Shown piece by piece: positions 38,555 to 51,343 of a stretch of 64,000 nucleotides of DNA. This DNA comes from the human T2T-CHM13v2.0 reference genome, Homo sapiens: the NCBI RefSeq assembly GCF_009914755.1, contig NC_060927.1; one strand, written 5' to 3'. A program made the position numbers and the translations under genes. The stretch's first letter is position 1. Every line of letters starts with the position of its first letter. The notes under the pieces were generated by a model that had not been told where the DNA came from, did no database searches, and saw only the letters and a list, made by a program, of their open reading frames with translations.

Positions 38555-38830
38555 GGCTGGGCACAGTGGCTCACACCTGTAATCCCAGCACTTTGGGAGG
38601 CCGAGGCGGGTGGATCACCTGAGGTCCAGAGTTTGAGACGAGCCTGACCAACATGGAGAAACCCTGTCTCGACTAAAAACACAAAATTAGCTGGGAGTGA
38701 TGGTGTGTGCCTGTAATCCCAGCTACTCGGGAGGCTGAGGCAGGAGAATCACTTGAACCTGGGAGGCCACGCCACTGCACTGCAGCATGGACAACAAGAC
38801 CAAAACTCTCTCAAACAAACAACAAACCAA
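38555..38830 (+). mobile_element. AluS (Sp-like) with short internal deletion in the right arm
   Basis: ggctgggcacagtggctcac start; ctgaccaacatggagaaa; gaggttgc.gtgagccgagat segment missing at ~38767. Confidence 0.95.
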
Positions 38831-39699
38831 AGAACTGAACTGAGAGACACAATGGTGGGAGAATTTAGTAATTTTCAAATATAGCATACGTGGTTGTAGA
38901 TGGCTCTTCTAAGTTCCTACTCACATTTAGATAGGAAATAATAGGTTTAAATTGCAGAAAGAGAAGTTGGACACTAAGAAAGCTTTTTGACATTAATGAT
39001 TATGACACTGCATCATATCTTTTCTACAAACTATTTATGAAAATAATTAGTGTCTATATTCTGAAAATTTTCAATATTGTTTTGCCAAAAATAACAGATG
39101 AATTTGAATTCTACTGAATATGTATTTTATTTTTAAATATCTCAGGTCCATATACAGCAAAACTAATAAGAAGAAACTAACCCAGGAAACTGATTTGAGT
39201 TTTATAAAGATGGCCTTGGTGTAATTAATATTTATAAAGCTATACTTATTTGGAATATATTGATCATATGCAAAGCACTATGTCTGACATTTAGAAAGTA
39301 AAGATTTGAACCCTTGGTGACATCTGAGAATGTTATCATGCGATTAAGTCACCTTTAAATAAGCTGGAAATTTTAAATGGAGCCTAAACAAACTATATAA
39401 TGCAGTTTAGTAGAGCATAGAACATACACTAACATAGGAGGAAAATTTGTAAAAGTTTTCAAGGTATAATTCATAATACTTCCTCCTGAAATGGAAAATT
39501 TATGCCAGAGAAAACATAAGAAGGATATTTGGAAATGAACATATTTTATTTATCTTCTAACATCTTATCTGAAAATATATCTAATTTGAATAGACATGTG
39601 AGGTAAGGACAGCTTATCAGTGAACACACTAATAACAGTAAAAATAACAAAATAATTATATTACAACATTTACACAAAATGAGGGAAATTTCAACTTAA

Positions 39700-39965
39700 A
39701 TTTAAAACATGTATTTCTTTGCCCGATAATTCTACTTGTCAGTTTCTATATTTAAAGGAACACTCAGAAAATGCAAGGAAATATATACAAGAACATTGAT
39801 AGTAGCAATATTTGCAATAGTAAAAATGTCATAAATACTAAATGTCTACCAGCAGGGAAAAAGATAGTTAACCTCTAATTTATCCATGCTATGGAATACT
39901 ATGCAAATTGTGTAGCTCAATGTGTATTAATATGAAAACATTGCTAAGATATACTCTTACATTTT
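39700..39965 (+). mobile_element. Ancient L1M(E) 3' fragment
   Basis: gtagcaatatttgcaatagtaaaa...aaatgtctaccagcagggaa...atggaatactatgca. Confidence 0.6.
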
Positions 39966-40244
39966 AAAACATTGTAATTTACAGACAAACCATTACACTC
40001 TGTTGTACTACCTACTATATTTCTTATATAAGTGTTTTTATAAATGGAGCAACACATGTAATAAACTAGGAGAGAAAGGAGAGTCTTGAATTGGGTATTA
40101 AAAGACATTTTCAACTTTAATCTTACTCTAATATTAAAAATTTTACTAGTGAATATGCACAAAATCATTTGTGTAACTAAACTTAAATTATTAAAATATT
40201 GAGAATTTAATACAATTTATAGGAATTAACAGTAACATTCAAAA

Positions 40245-40781
40245 ATTTAATTTTGAACTCTATAATTGACATAAAAATTGCACATATTTATGGGGTAAAA
40301 TGTGATGTTTCAATGCATGTATGCATAGTATAATGATCAAATCGGGGTAATTACTATATCCATCACTTTAAACATTCATCATTTTTCTGTGATGACGGTA
40401 TTCAAAATCTCTTATATTTTGGAATATACAATACACTGTTATTTGCTATAGTAACACTAGTGTGTAATAAAACACCAATACTTATTCTGTCTAACTATAA
40501 CTTTTGGATCTATTGACCAACCTCTCTCTCTCTCAGTCATCCCTCCCCTTTAGCCTCTATAGCCTCTGGTAATCATTTTTCCTATTCTATTCTTTAGTGG
40601 TATAAAATCAATTTTTTCTGACTCCACATATGAGTGAGAACATGTGGTATTTGTCTTTCTGTGTCTGACTTATTTCATTTAACAGTGTTCTCTAGGTTTA
40701 TCCATGTTGTGGCAAATGACAGGATTTTATTCTTTTTTTTAATGGCTGAATAAAATGATAACACTACCTTGTATGTGTCTT

Positions 40782-40817
<36 letters not shown>

Positions 40818-41130
40818 CTTTTCTTTATCCATCTGTCGATGGACATTCAGGTTGATTCTAACCTAATTCAACTGTTATAAATAGTGATGCAGTAAAGGAT
40901 GTGCAAGTGCCTCTTCGTCATACTGATTTTATTTCCTTTGGATATATACCCAGTTAGGGACTACTGGATTATGTGGTAGTTTTAATTTTAATTTTACAAG
41001 GATTTTTTACACTGTTTTCTATAATAGCTGTACTAGTTTACATTTCCAATGATAGCACATAAGAGTTTCCCTTTTCGGCATCTTCACTAGTATTTGCTGT
41101 ATTTTTCTTTTTGGTAATAGCCATTATACT
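40245..41130 (-). mobile_element. L1MA-type 3' end containing a (TG)n at ~40785-40814
   Basis: catatttatggggtaaaatgtgatgtttc...tccacatatgagtgagaacatgtggtatttgtctttctgtg...ttcctttggatatatacccagt. Confidence 0.9.
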
Positions 41131-42303
41131 GTGTATCATTTTGGATGACAAGATAAACTAAGGTAATCCATGAATTACAAACAAATATTTATGTATTATC
41201 AAGTTCATTTGATTCATTCATTTAATAATTATTTATTAAGCTCTTAGTATGTGCCATTTACTGTTTGGTGTCTTATTTCTTTACCACTGGAGTACTTAGA
41301 GTATTTTAAACAAGAATAAACTATCCTAGTAATATTTGAGATTAAGACTACACAGGAATATTGGTCAGCTTAGGTTTTTGTTCCTATTTTTCTATGTTTC
41401 TTTACTTTCTGACTTTTCATTATATCTTTTGTGTGGTTGAGATGATGAAAATTCCTGGAGTCCTTTTCTCATCTGAAGTATTTTTTCAGGCCCTATTCAG
41501 TGGAAATGATCTGCCAAAAACATAGATAAAGAGATACATCTTTAATCTTACAGCCTGTCTCCTTGCACTGGATCAGGAAAATGATTTTTCTTTTAACAGC
41601 TGTCAGCATGCTTGACATCTGCTACAGAGGCTTAGGCTCTATTTTTATTTTTCCTATTGAAATGATACTCCAACACCTGCCCCTTTGATACTTTTAGACT
41701 GATGTGGTAAAGAACCAGGTACTTTACAGTCAAATAACTCACCATATTTCTTTTCTTTTGTTGGGTTCAAAAATAAGACTAAAAATAAAGTTTATTTTTA
41801 GCATGAGAAAAATGTGGAAATATCCAAATTACAGAAAAATAAATCATTATTTTATGAGCAATATTTCTTCAGTAAAGATGTAGCTAATGTAACTAATCTT
41901 AACATATTCAATGAAAGAAGTTCTAAATAACATTTAAACTTAACTTCTATAATTATTGGAAAAGCATTATCAGTACTTAGCATAAAGTGAATAACTATGG
42001 ATTTGTCAGTTTTTTTCTGAGTAAAACCTAATGACAAATGATATAATAACTATATATAAAAATATTATAAAAGTTCATAATAAGTTTGTGAACCCTAAAG
42101 TGGTACATTTTAATATTTTTTTAAAAAGACTTTTTTTATGTGACAAGGTAAGTAAGACGGTTTAAAGAATTGGGGTGTATACATGAAGAAAAGTAAAATC
42201 ATATTAAATATCAAAGGTTGTTAGGCTCATCTTCTAGCCACAGAAATGTCATTATGTATAAGGCTGCTATTTTTTGCTAAAAAGAAATATGAAAATTATG
42301 TAG

Positions 42304-42790
42304 AGGAGTAACATCAGAAAAAGATGATGGAGTAGGCAGCTACAAACTCCTTTCCCACATGAAAACATTTTTAAAAATGTTTTTAAATTTTTAAAAAGCA
42401 GAAAGTATCAGAAACAACTTTCTCAGAATTCTTGATAACAGTTAAAGATTTATAACCAAGCATGGTAGCAGTCTTGTAATGGCTACAGACCATGTTTCCA
42501 GTGTAGAATTTTGACCTTTGGTTTTGAAGAAAGCAGAACAGACCTTCTTCACAAATTATTCACAAATTATAACTGTAGTAACTTGTCTGGGGTCTAGCTA
42601 AAAAACTGATGCAAGGTAGTCAACTTTGTTTTTCCTAACTTGGAACTAAGGCCAGGAATAACAACCATTGCTCAAATTTGCTGGAAATCAAACTTACAGC
42701 CCACAGATACCCACAGAAGAATAGCAGGATCAATGTGTACACTAAATCACCTACAGCCTGAAAGAAAAAGCTTGGGGAGATTCCTGTTGG
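42304..42790 (+). mobile_element. Old L1M 5'-end fragment
   Basis: ggagtaacatcagaaaaagatgatggagtaggcagct...aacaactttctcagaattct resembles L1M 5'UTR starts. Confidence 0.5.
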
Positions 42791-43241
42791 AAAAATTTCC
42801 AACAGGAACCACAATGAAACTGTTCTTATAATCTTTCCTCATTACTTATTTTCAGGTTAGTGTATGTGAAATTATGCAAAAATATTTCTGTTCAAATATG
42901 AAATACAGTTAAGTCCTAGTGATAAGTTTTTTATAAAAAGGTTTATCCCTGGAACAATATCCTGTGAGTTGCTTCCTGTAGGAAGTGGCAAAGTGTTATC
43001 TATGTAAGACAGTCTTATGCATACGTGGTACACTTAGCATCCTTTGTCATCTGTGCTTGAATGTAAGAAGTCCTTGCAGCCATTCTGACAAACAAAAGTA
43101 CTCTCACTAATATCTAAAAAGTGTCTTTCTAATAGGCAGTAAAAAATACACATGAAAATCACCAATTTAAGTGTATTAATAATCCTGAGAACAGCTCAGT
43201 CATTTAAAGTGAATCTAAGAATATATATATTAAAAAATTTA

Positions 43242-43249
43242 TCTATCTA

Positions 43250-43293
<44 letters not shown>

Positions 43294-43301
43294 TCTATCT
43301 A
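43242..43301. repeat. Compound tetranucleotide STR (TCTA)2(TCTG)6(TCTA)7
   Basis: Counted directly. Confidence 0.97.
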
Positions 43302-44630
43302 GATGAGTATTTCATGATATAATGAAGAGGAAATTCAAATTTCAAACTATTTGCAAAATAGAGCACAAAGGGTCCCCTGGGGAGCAAAGTTGAATATCCT
43401 GAGCATCAGGTGTACTCCTGACTATTGCAATTATAAAAGGAGACTGAACCAATGATTTTAAAATTGAAATAAGAGAAATATAGCTAAGAAAAACAGTAAT
43501 TAATTGGAAATGATCTTAGCATTCCAACTATATAAACATACAAAATCTTCTAATTGCATTTATTCATATATCAAAGTTGATGCTTCATAAAGAACCAACT
43601 AATTGTTCCCTGACACATATTGCAATTCTAGACTCATATTGATATTGTATAACAAACCCAAATTGTTATCTGAGAAATTATCTGGTGTTCATTAAAATAC
43701 ACTTAATGGATATATCAAAACTCTCAGTAGAGTTTACCAAGCCACTTTTCTAAGCAGTTAGAACAAAGTGGGATAATAGAATTTCACTTTAGTCTATGAC
43801 TTCAGATATATATGAGGTAAGGGAGGTAGGGCGTTTCAGAAAATAAAAATGGAATAGGTTGGAGAGAACTCTAAATATATTTCTTATTTCAAGTACATTG
43901 TTTAGACTGCTGAAATAATGCCTGGTTAAATAAGCAATTATACCTATAGATTATTATTCCATGTGTTAAGAGGTCCCATTCAAATATGACTTACAACTAC
44001 TAGTTCAGGCAAGAGAGCCACAAATAATAGATTCTAGGGTATGGTAGAGGTTGGCAAATAAAATTTTATGTATACTTATTAATAGTCTTTTTCTCAATAT
44101 TACTCTTTTCCTCTATCTTAATTAAATCACATTTTTAATCAAGTCAACACCTCTAAATTTGGATTGCATCTTAAAAATTATGGCTTCTGGTATTAATTAC
44201 AATACAGTAGTGTGTCAGCCTTTCCTAAATTAAATAGGCTCTTTTAGATAAAAATCCATCTTCCTGGAATTTTCTCACTACCTAAATAGACATTTGGTTC
44301 ACTCAGGGCATGCATAAGGGGAGAGAGAATACCTGAGATGCACACATGAAGGATCACCTACTTTCCTCTTTGTCCTTTGGCTTTCACATTAGTGACTTCT
44401 TCAGGCTTTGGTATGGCTTGTTGGCATCTGCTATTGAAGTCTCAAGTGTTGAACCCATGGTCTCTTTGTTTGACTTTTTCAGAGATCAGTGTCTTTCCCG
44501 TATTCTTTTGATCTTGCTTCACAGGTGCTATAGACACCTTTGCCTTTCAGCCATATTCTACCTGCCCTCCGTTTAGCAGGTAATCTCCCCCACCTAGCCC
44601 CTGCAAAGCTTCTAAAATTGGGCATCTCTC

Positions 44631-44975
44631 TGCTACAGACAATGCTTTTGTCCCGCCTCAAATTCCAGCATTGAAATCTAATCCCCTATGTGATGGTATT
44701 TGGAGCTAAAGCCTTTGGGAAGTGATTAAGTCATAAGAGTAGAGCCGTAATGAATGGGATTAGTCGCCTTATGAATGAGACCACAGAGAGCTTACTAACC
44801 TCCTTCACCATGTGAGACCCCAAATGTGCTGGCATTCTAAACTTCTCAGGCTCCACAGCTGTTAAACTTCAGCTGTTAACTTCTCAGGCTCCACAGCTGT
44901 TAAAAAATAAATTTATTTACTTTATTAGCCACCCATTGTATGACATTTTTGATAGTATCCCAAAGAGACTAGGAT
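44631..44975 (+). mobile_element. MLT1A-like MaLR solo LTR
   Basis: tgaaatctaatcccctatgtgatggtatttggagc...gcctttgggaagtgattaagtcat...aatgggattagt; ends cccaaagagactaggata. Confidence 0.85.
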
Positions 44976-46825
44976 AGTTTCCACTTTTCGGAGGCTCTCC
45001 TGCATGATGCTGAATCTGGGTTTTATTATGTTTTGTTGTGTGGGGCTTTGGGGAACATGGAGATACCTTTCATGCCACAGCAAGAATCAAGGGAGGTGCA
45101 GTGGAGCTAATTCATGTCCTTTTACAGCCAAAGTGCCCTATGCTGTCATGGTAGTTCTCTGCTTCTTGTGTGCCATGTTGCAACAGGCCTACCCTGTCTA
45201 GCTATCTCCTTCAAGGATTACAAACTGAAAGCCAGTATAAAATTTTGCTCTCTCATTTTTTTTCAGTTATATTTTAAACCTATTTGAGAATGCCATTTTA
45301 TTTTCATAATCATTTGGAAAATAAAGAGCTTTGTATCATATGCCAATAATGCAATCATAAAATAATTATCAATGTACAAGTTTTTGATTTCTAAATTTAA
45401 TTTGATGCTATAAATCTCTGGCCAATTTTGTGTTACCACAGGATGTAATTGAGTTATCTGACAACTGTTTTATAACATAAGGTCTTAAACAAAAACTAGG
45501 AGAAAAGTAGATCAACGCATCACCAAATTGATTAAGTGAAATGTGTTAGAAAAAGTGATTATTTTCTAATTTACATTTTTGGCAGTTGCCATTTACTATG
45601 CACCAGCTGAATCAGTTGAAAATCAAAAATACTGATGAATAATACAAATCAATAATATATCAATTGCATAAACTTAATAACCATGTATTAAATGTGAATG
45701 TAAGTGGCTTCATTCTTAAGAAAAAGTACGTAAGTCTAATGCTCATGAGTATAAAAAATAAAATTAAAACGTGAATTAATTTTGTATGCTCTTTTCAACA
45801 AAATATTTTTTCATCTGAATTTTTAAAAATGTTTTCTAAGGTTAAGTGAAATATAAATATAATCAGGACTGTGCTTCTCAGCATACATTTATATATCACA
45901 TGTCATGTGGTATACGTCAAACTGTATTTTAGTGTAAATATTATTGGGATAAAAATACCTCAACATTATCGAGAAATTTTACTTAGGGTATTTAGAAAAT
46001 GAAGATTAAGATTGACGTCTCCCCAAACTAAATGTTTATTTTTCTGATCGGTGAATTAAATACTCTGATCCAGTTGAACAGTTAACTACTCCTGTTTCCA
46101 TTAGCATACATACCACCAATGTCAGAGTCAACTCTTAAAAGGAGACAATTATTTTTTCAGACAAATATATTCAGGTGGCAATGCTTCCCTTCCTTTCCAG
46201 GAACTCATTTTTTTATGCTTTGAAAAAAAACTACATGCTTATTCTATAATTTCAGAATAATTTTCACTTCAAAACATAAATTTTACAAACCACTGCCAAA
46301 TAAAAATATTCTGTTTATAACATTCACAGGTATATTTCATGTCTTTTAACATGATAAGACCCTCATTTTGTATTTTATAAATTGGCTTGGCCAAGAAAAG
46401 ATGGTTTCCCAAAGGAATGTCACATACACTAGATATACTTTTTTTTTTAAATCTCTCTGTTTTGGTTTATCTACTTGAAATTCTTCCCTGCCAAATGTAA
46501 TGCCCCTATTTCCATAAATGTATCACTGGCAGATGTTAGTTATGGCCATTTGTATGATGTAAGAGTAGCAGATACAACATATGAAAGAATTGCTTTTCTT
46601 TTGGAAAATATTTTTAAACTTATTTGAATAGCTGCCAGTACTTAATTGCCTTAAATACATTGTCAGAAAGAACAAAAGCTTTGGGAATTTCAAATGAAAG
46701 AAAACATGCTGTTAATTTCTTAATAGTATTAGTCAATTTGCTTAAAATGGTGCACTAACTTAAAAGGAAAATAATTACTCACTCATCCCTTTAAGCCATT
46801 TTCTCATAATCTTTTGAGCCACTTT

Positions 46826-47210
46826 TGCAGAATAGTTCCCTGGGTGGCCTTGAACTAACTCATTCCTCCTCACCTCTTCTGGCTTGCAGTTCTTAAGAAT
46901 AACTGTAGAATTTACTGGAAATGCAACATCTTGAGATAAGAGGGAATTGACTGTAACAGCCTAAGCTCTGTTCCAGTCCACTTAGAATAGGATGTCCTTC
47001 AACACTTTGGGCCTCTGTGTCACATTAATCCTGAGGCATAAAACTCAAGGTGTGCTGCTTTCTGACCCTTGGGAGACCAGCACACAATGACTCCTTGGCT
47101 TCTGTTGCTCTTTCCTGACTATCTGTAGGTAATAAGCTAGCTTCATGTAACTTCTGTGCATTGTTGTTCTATCTCACTGGACTACCAGCGCAGGGTAAAC
47201 CTGCTTCACA
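46826..47210 (+). mobile_element. LTR47-like (ERVL) solo LTR
   Basis: TG...CA ends; aagaataactgtagaa...aatgcaacatcttgagataag; end aacctgcttcaca; 5-bp TSD acttt/acttc. Confidence 0.8.
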
Positions 47211-48483
47211 ACTTCTTGTTCACCTGTGGGTGGGAAGTGGTACACAGTAGTGTTAGAGAAGTCTTCAGTTGCTCACCTTCCTTCTAGTAGCATTTTTAAA
47301 GCTTGGAGGATGCTACTGATATGCAGATGCTCATGAGGAGGGAGGTGCAGGAAAGAATGCTTCTGCTAAATCTTTCCTATTTGTCATCGGGAATAATTAG
47401 TAAAGAAGCCCACCTTTCTCAGAAGCTGTGTCTATATAGAAAAGCGTACCAAAGATTTGTTTTTAAACTGAGTTTAAGTAAATTGTCCACTAGGATCATC
47501 TTTGTTCTGTTTTATTTTTCCTTTCCTTCTTGAATTGTTTAAGGATTTTTAAATCACCAATTATCAGTGGACTCAATCAGATCTTTGTTTTTTACTTATT
47601 TTAAATGAATTGTAATAATTTGATTCAAAGAATTGTCCCAAAATCCAAATAGTTGTGATATTTCTCAGGCAACAGTATCCACAAAGTATTTTCATCTAAA
47701 ACTTTTTTAATCATAACTTTTTTCAGTTTTGAAATTTATTCAGAATTGAAATTTTAAAATTTTCATGTCACAAAGTAAGGGGAATGGAAGTGGCCTACCC
47801 ATTCTTTCTCAGACAACTTTAAGGTTGTCCTCCATCTTTTTGCAAGCAAGCACAAAGTGGTTTTGTTTTGTTTCTTGCCTCATTGTGCTGTTTTACTCCT
47901 CTTCCTGGCCTAAGATTGTTTCTATCCTTCTAAATCAAATTTTTGAGCAAGCTACATATAGGAAAAAGGATAATGTTATAACCCCCCCAAAAAATCATAA
48001 TACCGGAAGTATCAGAAATCTAGAATTTTAAGCACAACTTTCTGTACTATCAAATGACTACTTTTATCTTACACACTAGGACATTTTGTTTTGCCCTGTA
48101 TATTGAATTTACCTGATAAGAATCCATCAGCATATTCATGTCAGTTATTTTTTTCCAAACCTAAGAATAAGAATATTGATTTTATCCCCAATTGGGAAAT
48201 AAATAAGGCACTAAAATATCATGGAATTAGAAAAAAATTTAGCAGCAGTAGATGTTTTAAAGTAACATATTTCTATATAGGGGAGATAAGGCTATCTAGG
48301 ACCTCATTTTCCTCTCAAAATTCTAAATTTCTTTTTGAATTTCGGAAGTTTGATTATAAATCCATAGGCCCAAATTCTAAAAAATACATGAAAATTGTTA
48401 TAACACTGCTTGCATTAGGATTTACTTTATAATGAATTTACTCTACAAATATTCGTTAAAAATTAAGCGAGATTTTTACTTGC

Positions 48484-48908
48484 TGACATGGTTTGGATCT
48501 GTGCCCCACCCAAATATCATGCTGAAATATAATCCCCAATGTTGGAGGTCAGGCCTGATGGAAGATGGTTGAATCACGGCGATGGAGTTCTCATGAATGG
48601 CCTGGCACCATCCCCTCAGTGCTGTTCTCCTGATAGCAAATGAGTGAGTTGTCATAGGATCTGGTTATTTTAAAAGTGTGTGGCATCTCCCCACTCCCTT
48701 CCTCCTGTTTAGGTCATGTGAAGTGCTGATTCCCTGTTTGCCTTCTGTGTGATTGTAAGTTTGCTGAGGCCTCGCCAGAAGCTGAACAAATGCTGCCATG
48801 CTTCCTATACAGCCTGTGGAACTGTGAGCTAATTAAAGCTCTTTTTTAATATATAAATTACCCAGTTTCAGGCATTTCCTTATAGCAGTGTGAGAATGGA
48901 TTAATATA
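48484..48908 (+). mobile_element. MSTA-like MaLR solo LTR
   Basis: tgacatggtttggatctgtg...ataaattacccagtttcaggcatttccttatagcagtgtgagaatggattaatata; TSD cttgc/tttgc. Confidence 0.92.
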
Positions 48909-49831
48909 TTTGCTATTATGTAATTTGAAATTGATTTTAATTATCAATCACAAATGGCACTCAAAATTTTCTTTCTTAATACTAATCTTTTTTCTTTGAC
49001 ATGAGTTTTGGTTTTCTATGAGTACAAATAAAGCTTGCTGTTGCTTAACAACTCCATGGTTCCATAGGTCAGGTTGCTAACATGCAAAGTAATGGATTTA
49101 ATTTGTTTTTTACTGATGACTAAATTGTCAACTGCAGCAGGTAGGATAAATCACATACCTGTCGTTTAGATGCAACGTGACATGAATAAAAATTGTGATT
49201 TTTTCTCTTAGTTATATATATATGTATAAGCATGATTGGCTTTTGGCAATATCTCTAGATATCATAAATGAATAATTCTTATGATAAATGTATACTAAAT
49301 TCAAAGTTATTTATTACTTAAATGCAATGTTTCTCATTAGCTATAGAAAAATTTATTTTTTCCTAACAAATAACATGTATTTAGCTTCTAATGGGCTGTC
49401 AAAAGATGAACCAAAAGAAAAACTAACTAATATATATAAGAATCGATAACAAAGATAATATCACCTTTAAATTAACCAATATTTTCTATATCAGTTTACA
49501 AATAAAATGTTAATATTTTAATTGATAGAGATTACAAATACAGTGTTTTGTTGAATCATTTATATGTGAATTTTCTGGGTCACTTTCTACTTAGCAAGTA
49601 ATTGCCAAGATAGCATCTACCCAAGTATAGTTATTTTATGCTTTGAAACACATATAGATTTTATTCATATTCAAATCCTCAGATATTCATTTCCCCAATT
49701 CCCAAACAATGCGTATTCATTCCCTTTAACCCATTTTTGTAATCCTTGATTTCACTCTTCTGCCATTCACTCTTCCATAGTTCCAGGGATAGATCATCTC
49801 CCATGTGGCTTACTGATGTACCTTGTCTCTA

Positions 49832-50075
49832 TTTTGAGACAGTTATCCATGAGCTCTTCACATTTCTGCCCATCTTATGAGGAGAGGTAATGACTGCCTT
49901 TATTCAAGACTATATGTTCAAAGAAATTTGTTTGGCCAACATCCTTGGGATATATAGAGAGTATGCCCCTACAGATCAAGGAGGAGGTATCTTTTTGGTC
50001 TAGTATAAAAACCATAATGTCTCTCTCTCTCTCTGGAGCAAAGGTCAAACATACTTACTGGTCCTTATAAAAGAT
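49832..50075 (+). mobile_element. LTR40-like (ERVL) LTR 5' fragment
   Basis: gagacagttatccatgagctcttcacatttctgc...tgactgccttt...tctctggagcaaagg. Confidence 0.7.
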
Positions 50076-50427
50076 TACTGCATGAAGCACTTTCTAATCT
50101 TCCTTTTTCCTAGATGGATATTAAACTCATTCACTTGTATGCTACTCTAATATTTAATTTACAATTCTCTCAAGCAAATTCTAGCTTTTATTATCTCATT
50201 ATAAATATGCTTATTACTTCTAACTCATCTTGAATTCCTTACATTTAGAACTTAAATGTTTGAACTAAATTGAGATAGTCCATCCCTTATGAATTTTAGA
50301 ATTAAGTGGTTTTAAATATCAATGAGGGGAAGTGGCAGAAGAGTTCCTCATTGGGAACTCATTGCCCTTGAATGAAATCAGTAGTCATTTACCTTTCCAA
50401 ATTATAACAACTAAAAAGTACTTGACC

Positions 50428-51015
50428 TGTGAGGAACATGGGGGTGCAGATATCTCTTTGAGATCCTCATTTCAGTTATTTAAAAAATATGCCCAGAAGT
50501 TGTCTGTTGTTTTTATTTACTCTCTCTCTCTCGCTATGTTTTTTTTTGTTTTTTGTTTGTTTGTTTGTTTTAGGCTGACACTTGCTCTATCATGCAGGCT
50601 GGAGTGCAGTGGTGTTCTTATAATTCACTGCAGCCCTGAACTTGCTCAAGCAATCCTCCCACCTCAACCTTCTAAGGTGCCACCCTACAGGCATGCACCA
50701 CCACACCCAGCTAACTTTTAAATTTTTGTAGAGGGATGATTTTGCTGTTTTGTCCAGGTGGGTCTCAAACTCCTGGCCTCAAGCATTCCTTCCACCTCAG
50801 CCTTCCACAGTACTGGGATCACAGGCATTTGCCACTGCACCTGACTAATCTTTAAATTTGAGGAACCTCTATTCTATTTTCCACAGTGGCTTCACAAATT
50901 GACATTCCTAGGAACAGTGTACAAGGTTTTTAATTAATCCACATCCTTGCCAGCACTTGCTATCCTTTGTTTTTTTAATAGTAACCATCCAACAAGTGTG
51001 AGGTGACATCTCGTT
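50428..51015 (-). mobile_element. L1M ORF2-end fragment (antisense), interrupted by an AluJ
   Basis: aacatgggggtgcagatatctctttgagatcct...gaggaacctc...ccacatccttgccagcacttg...gtgtgaggtgacatctc. Confidence 0.85.
50538..50845 (-). mobile_element. AluJ
   Basis: Diverged dimeric Alu with ctcaagcaatcctccc and ctggcctcaag; (TTTG)n tail. Confidence 0.92.
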
Positions 51016-51343
51016 CAATGGCTCTAAAATATCAGTCGTGCAAAATAAATAATTTCTGGAGGTCTGCTGTACAAAATAGTGGCTGTATTTAACAAGTCAC
51101 TATTGTATACGTCAAAATTTGTCAACAGAGGTTATCTCATGTTGTCTTCTTACCATCAAACAGAATAAAACAAAACAAAACTCGAAGGAGTGAGAGGAAA
51201 GTTCTGGAGGTAGCCCATATGTTGATTATCTTAATTGTGGTGATCATTTTGTGGATGTGTATTTCCAAACTCATCAAATTGTACATATTAAATATATTCA
51301 GTTTTTTGTATATCAATTATTCTCAATAAAACTGTTTCAAAAG
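51016..51343 (+). mobile_element. L1MA9/MA10/MB-like 3'UTR end (sense)
   Basis: ttctggaggtctgctgtacaaaatagtggct...aaactcatcaaattgtacatattaaatat...caataaaactg. Confidence 0.85.

Noticed and set aside
42362-42383. 22-bp palindrome aaaacatttttaaaaatgtttt (and a 20-bp near-palindrome at 3093-3112)
   Set aside because: Low complexity or short; plausible by chance in 64 kb of AT-rich sequence.
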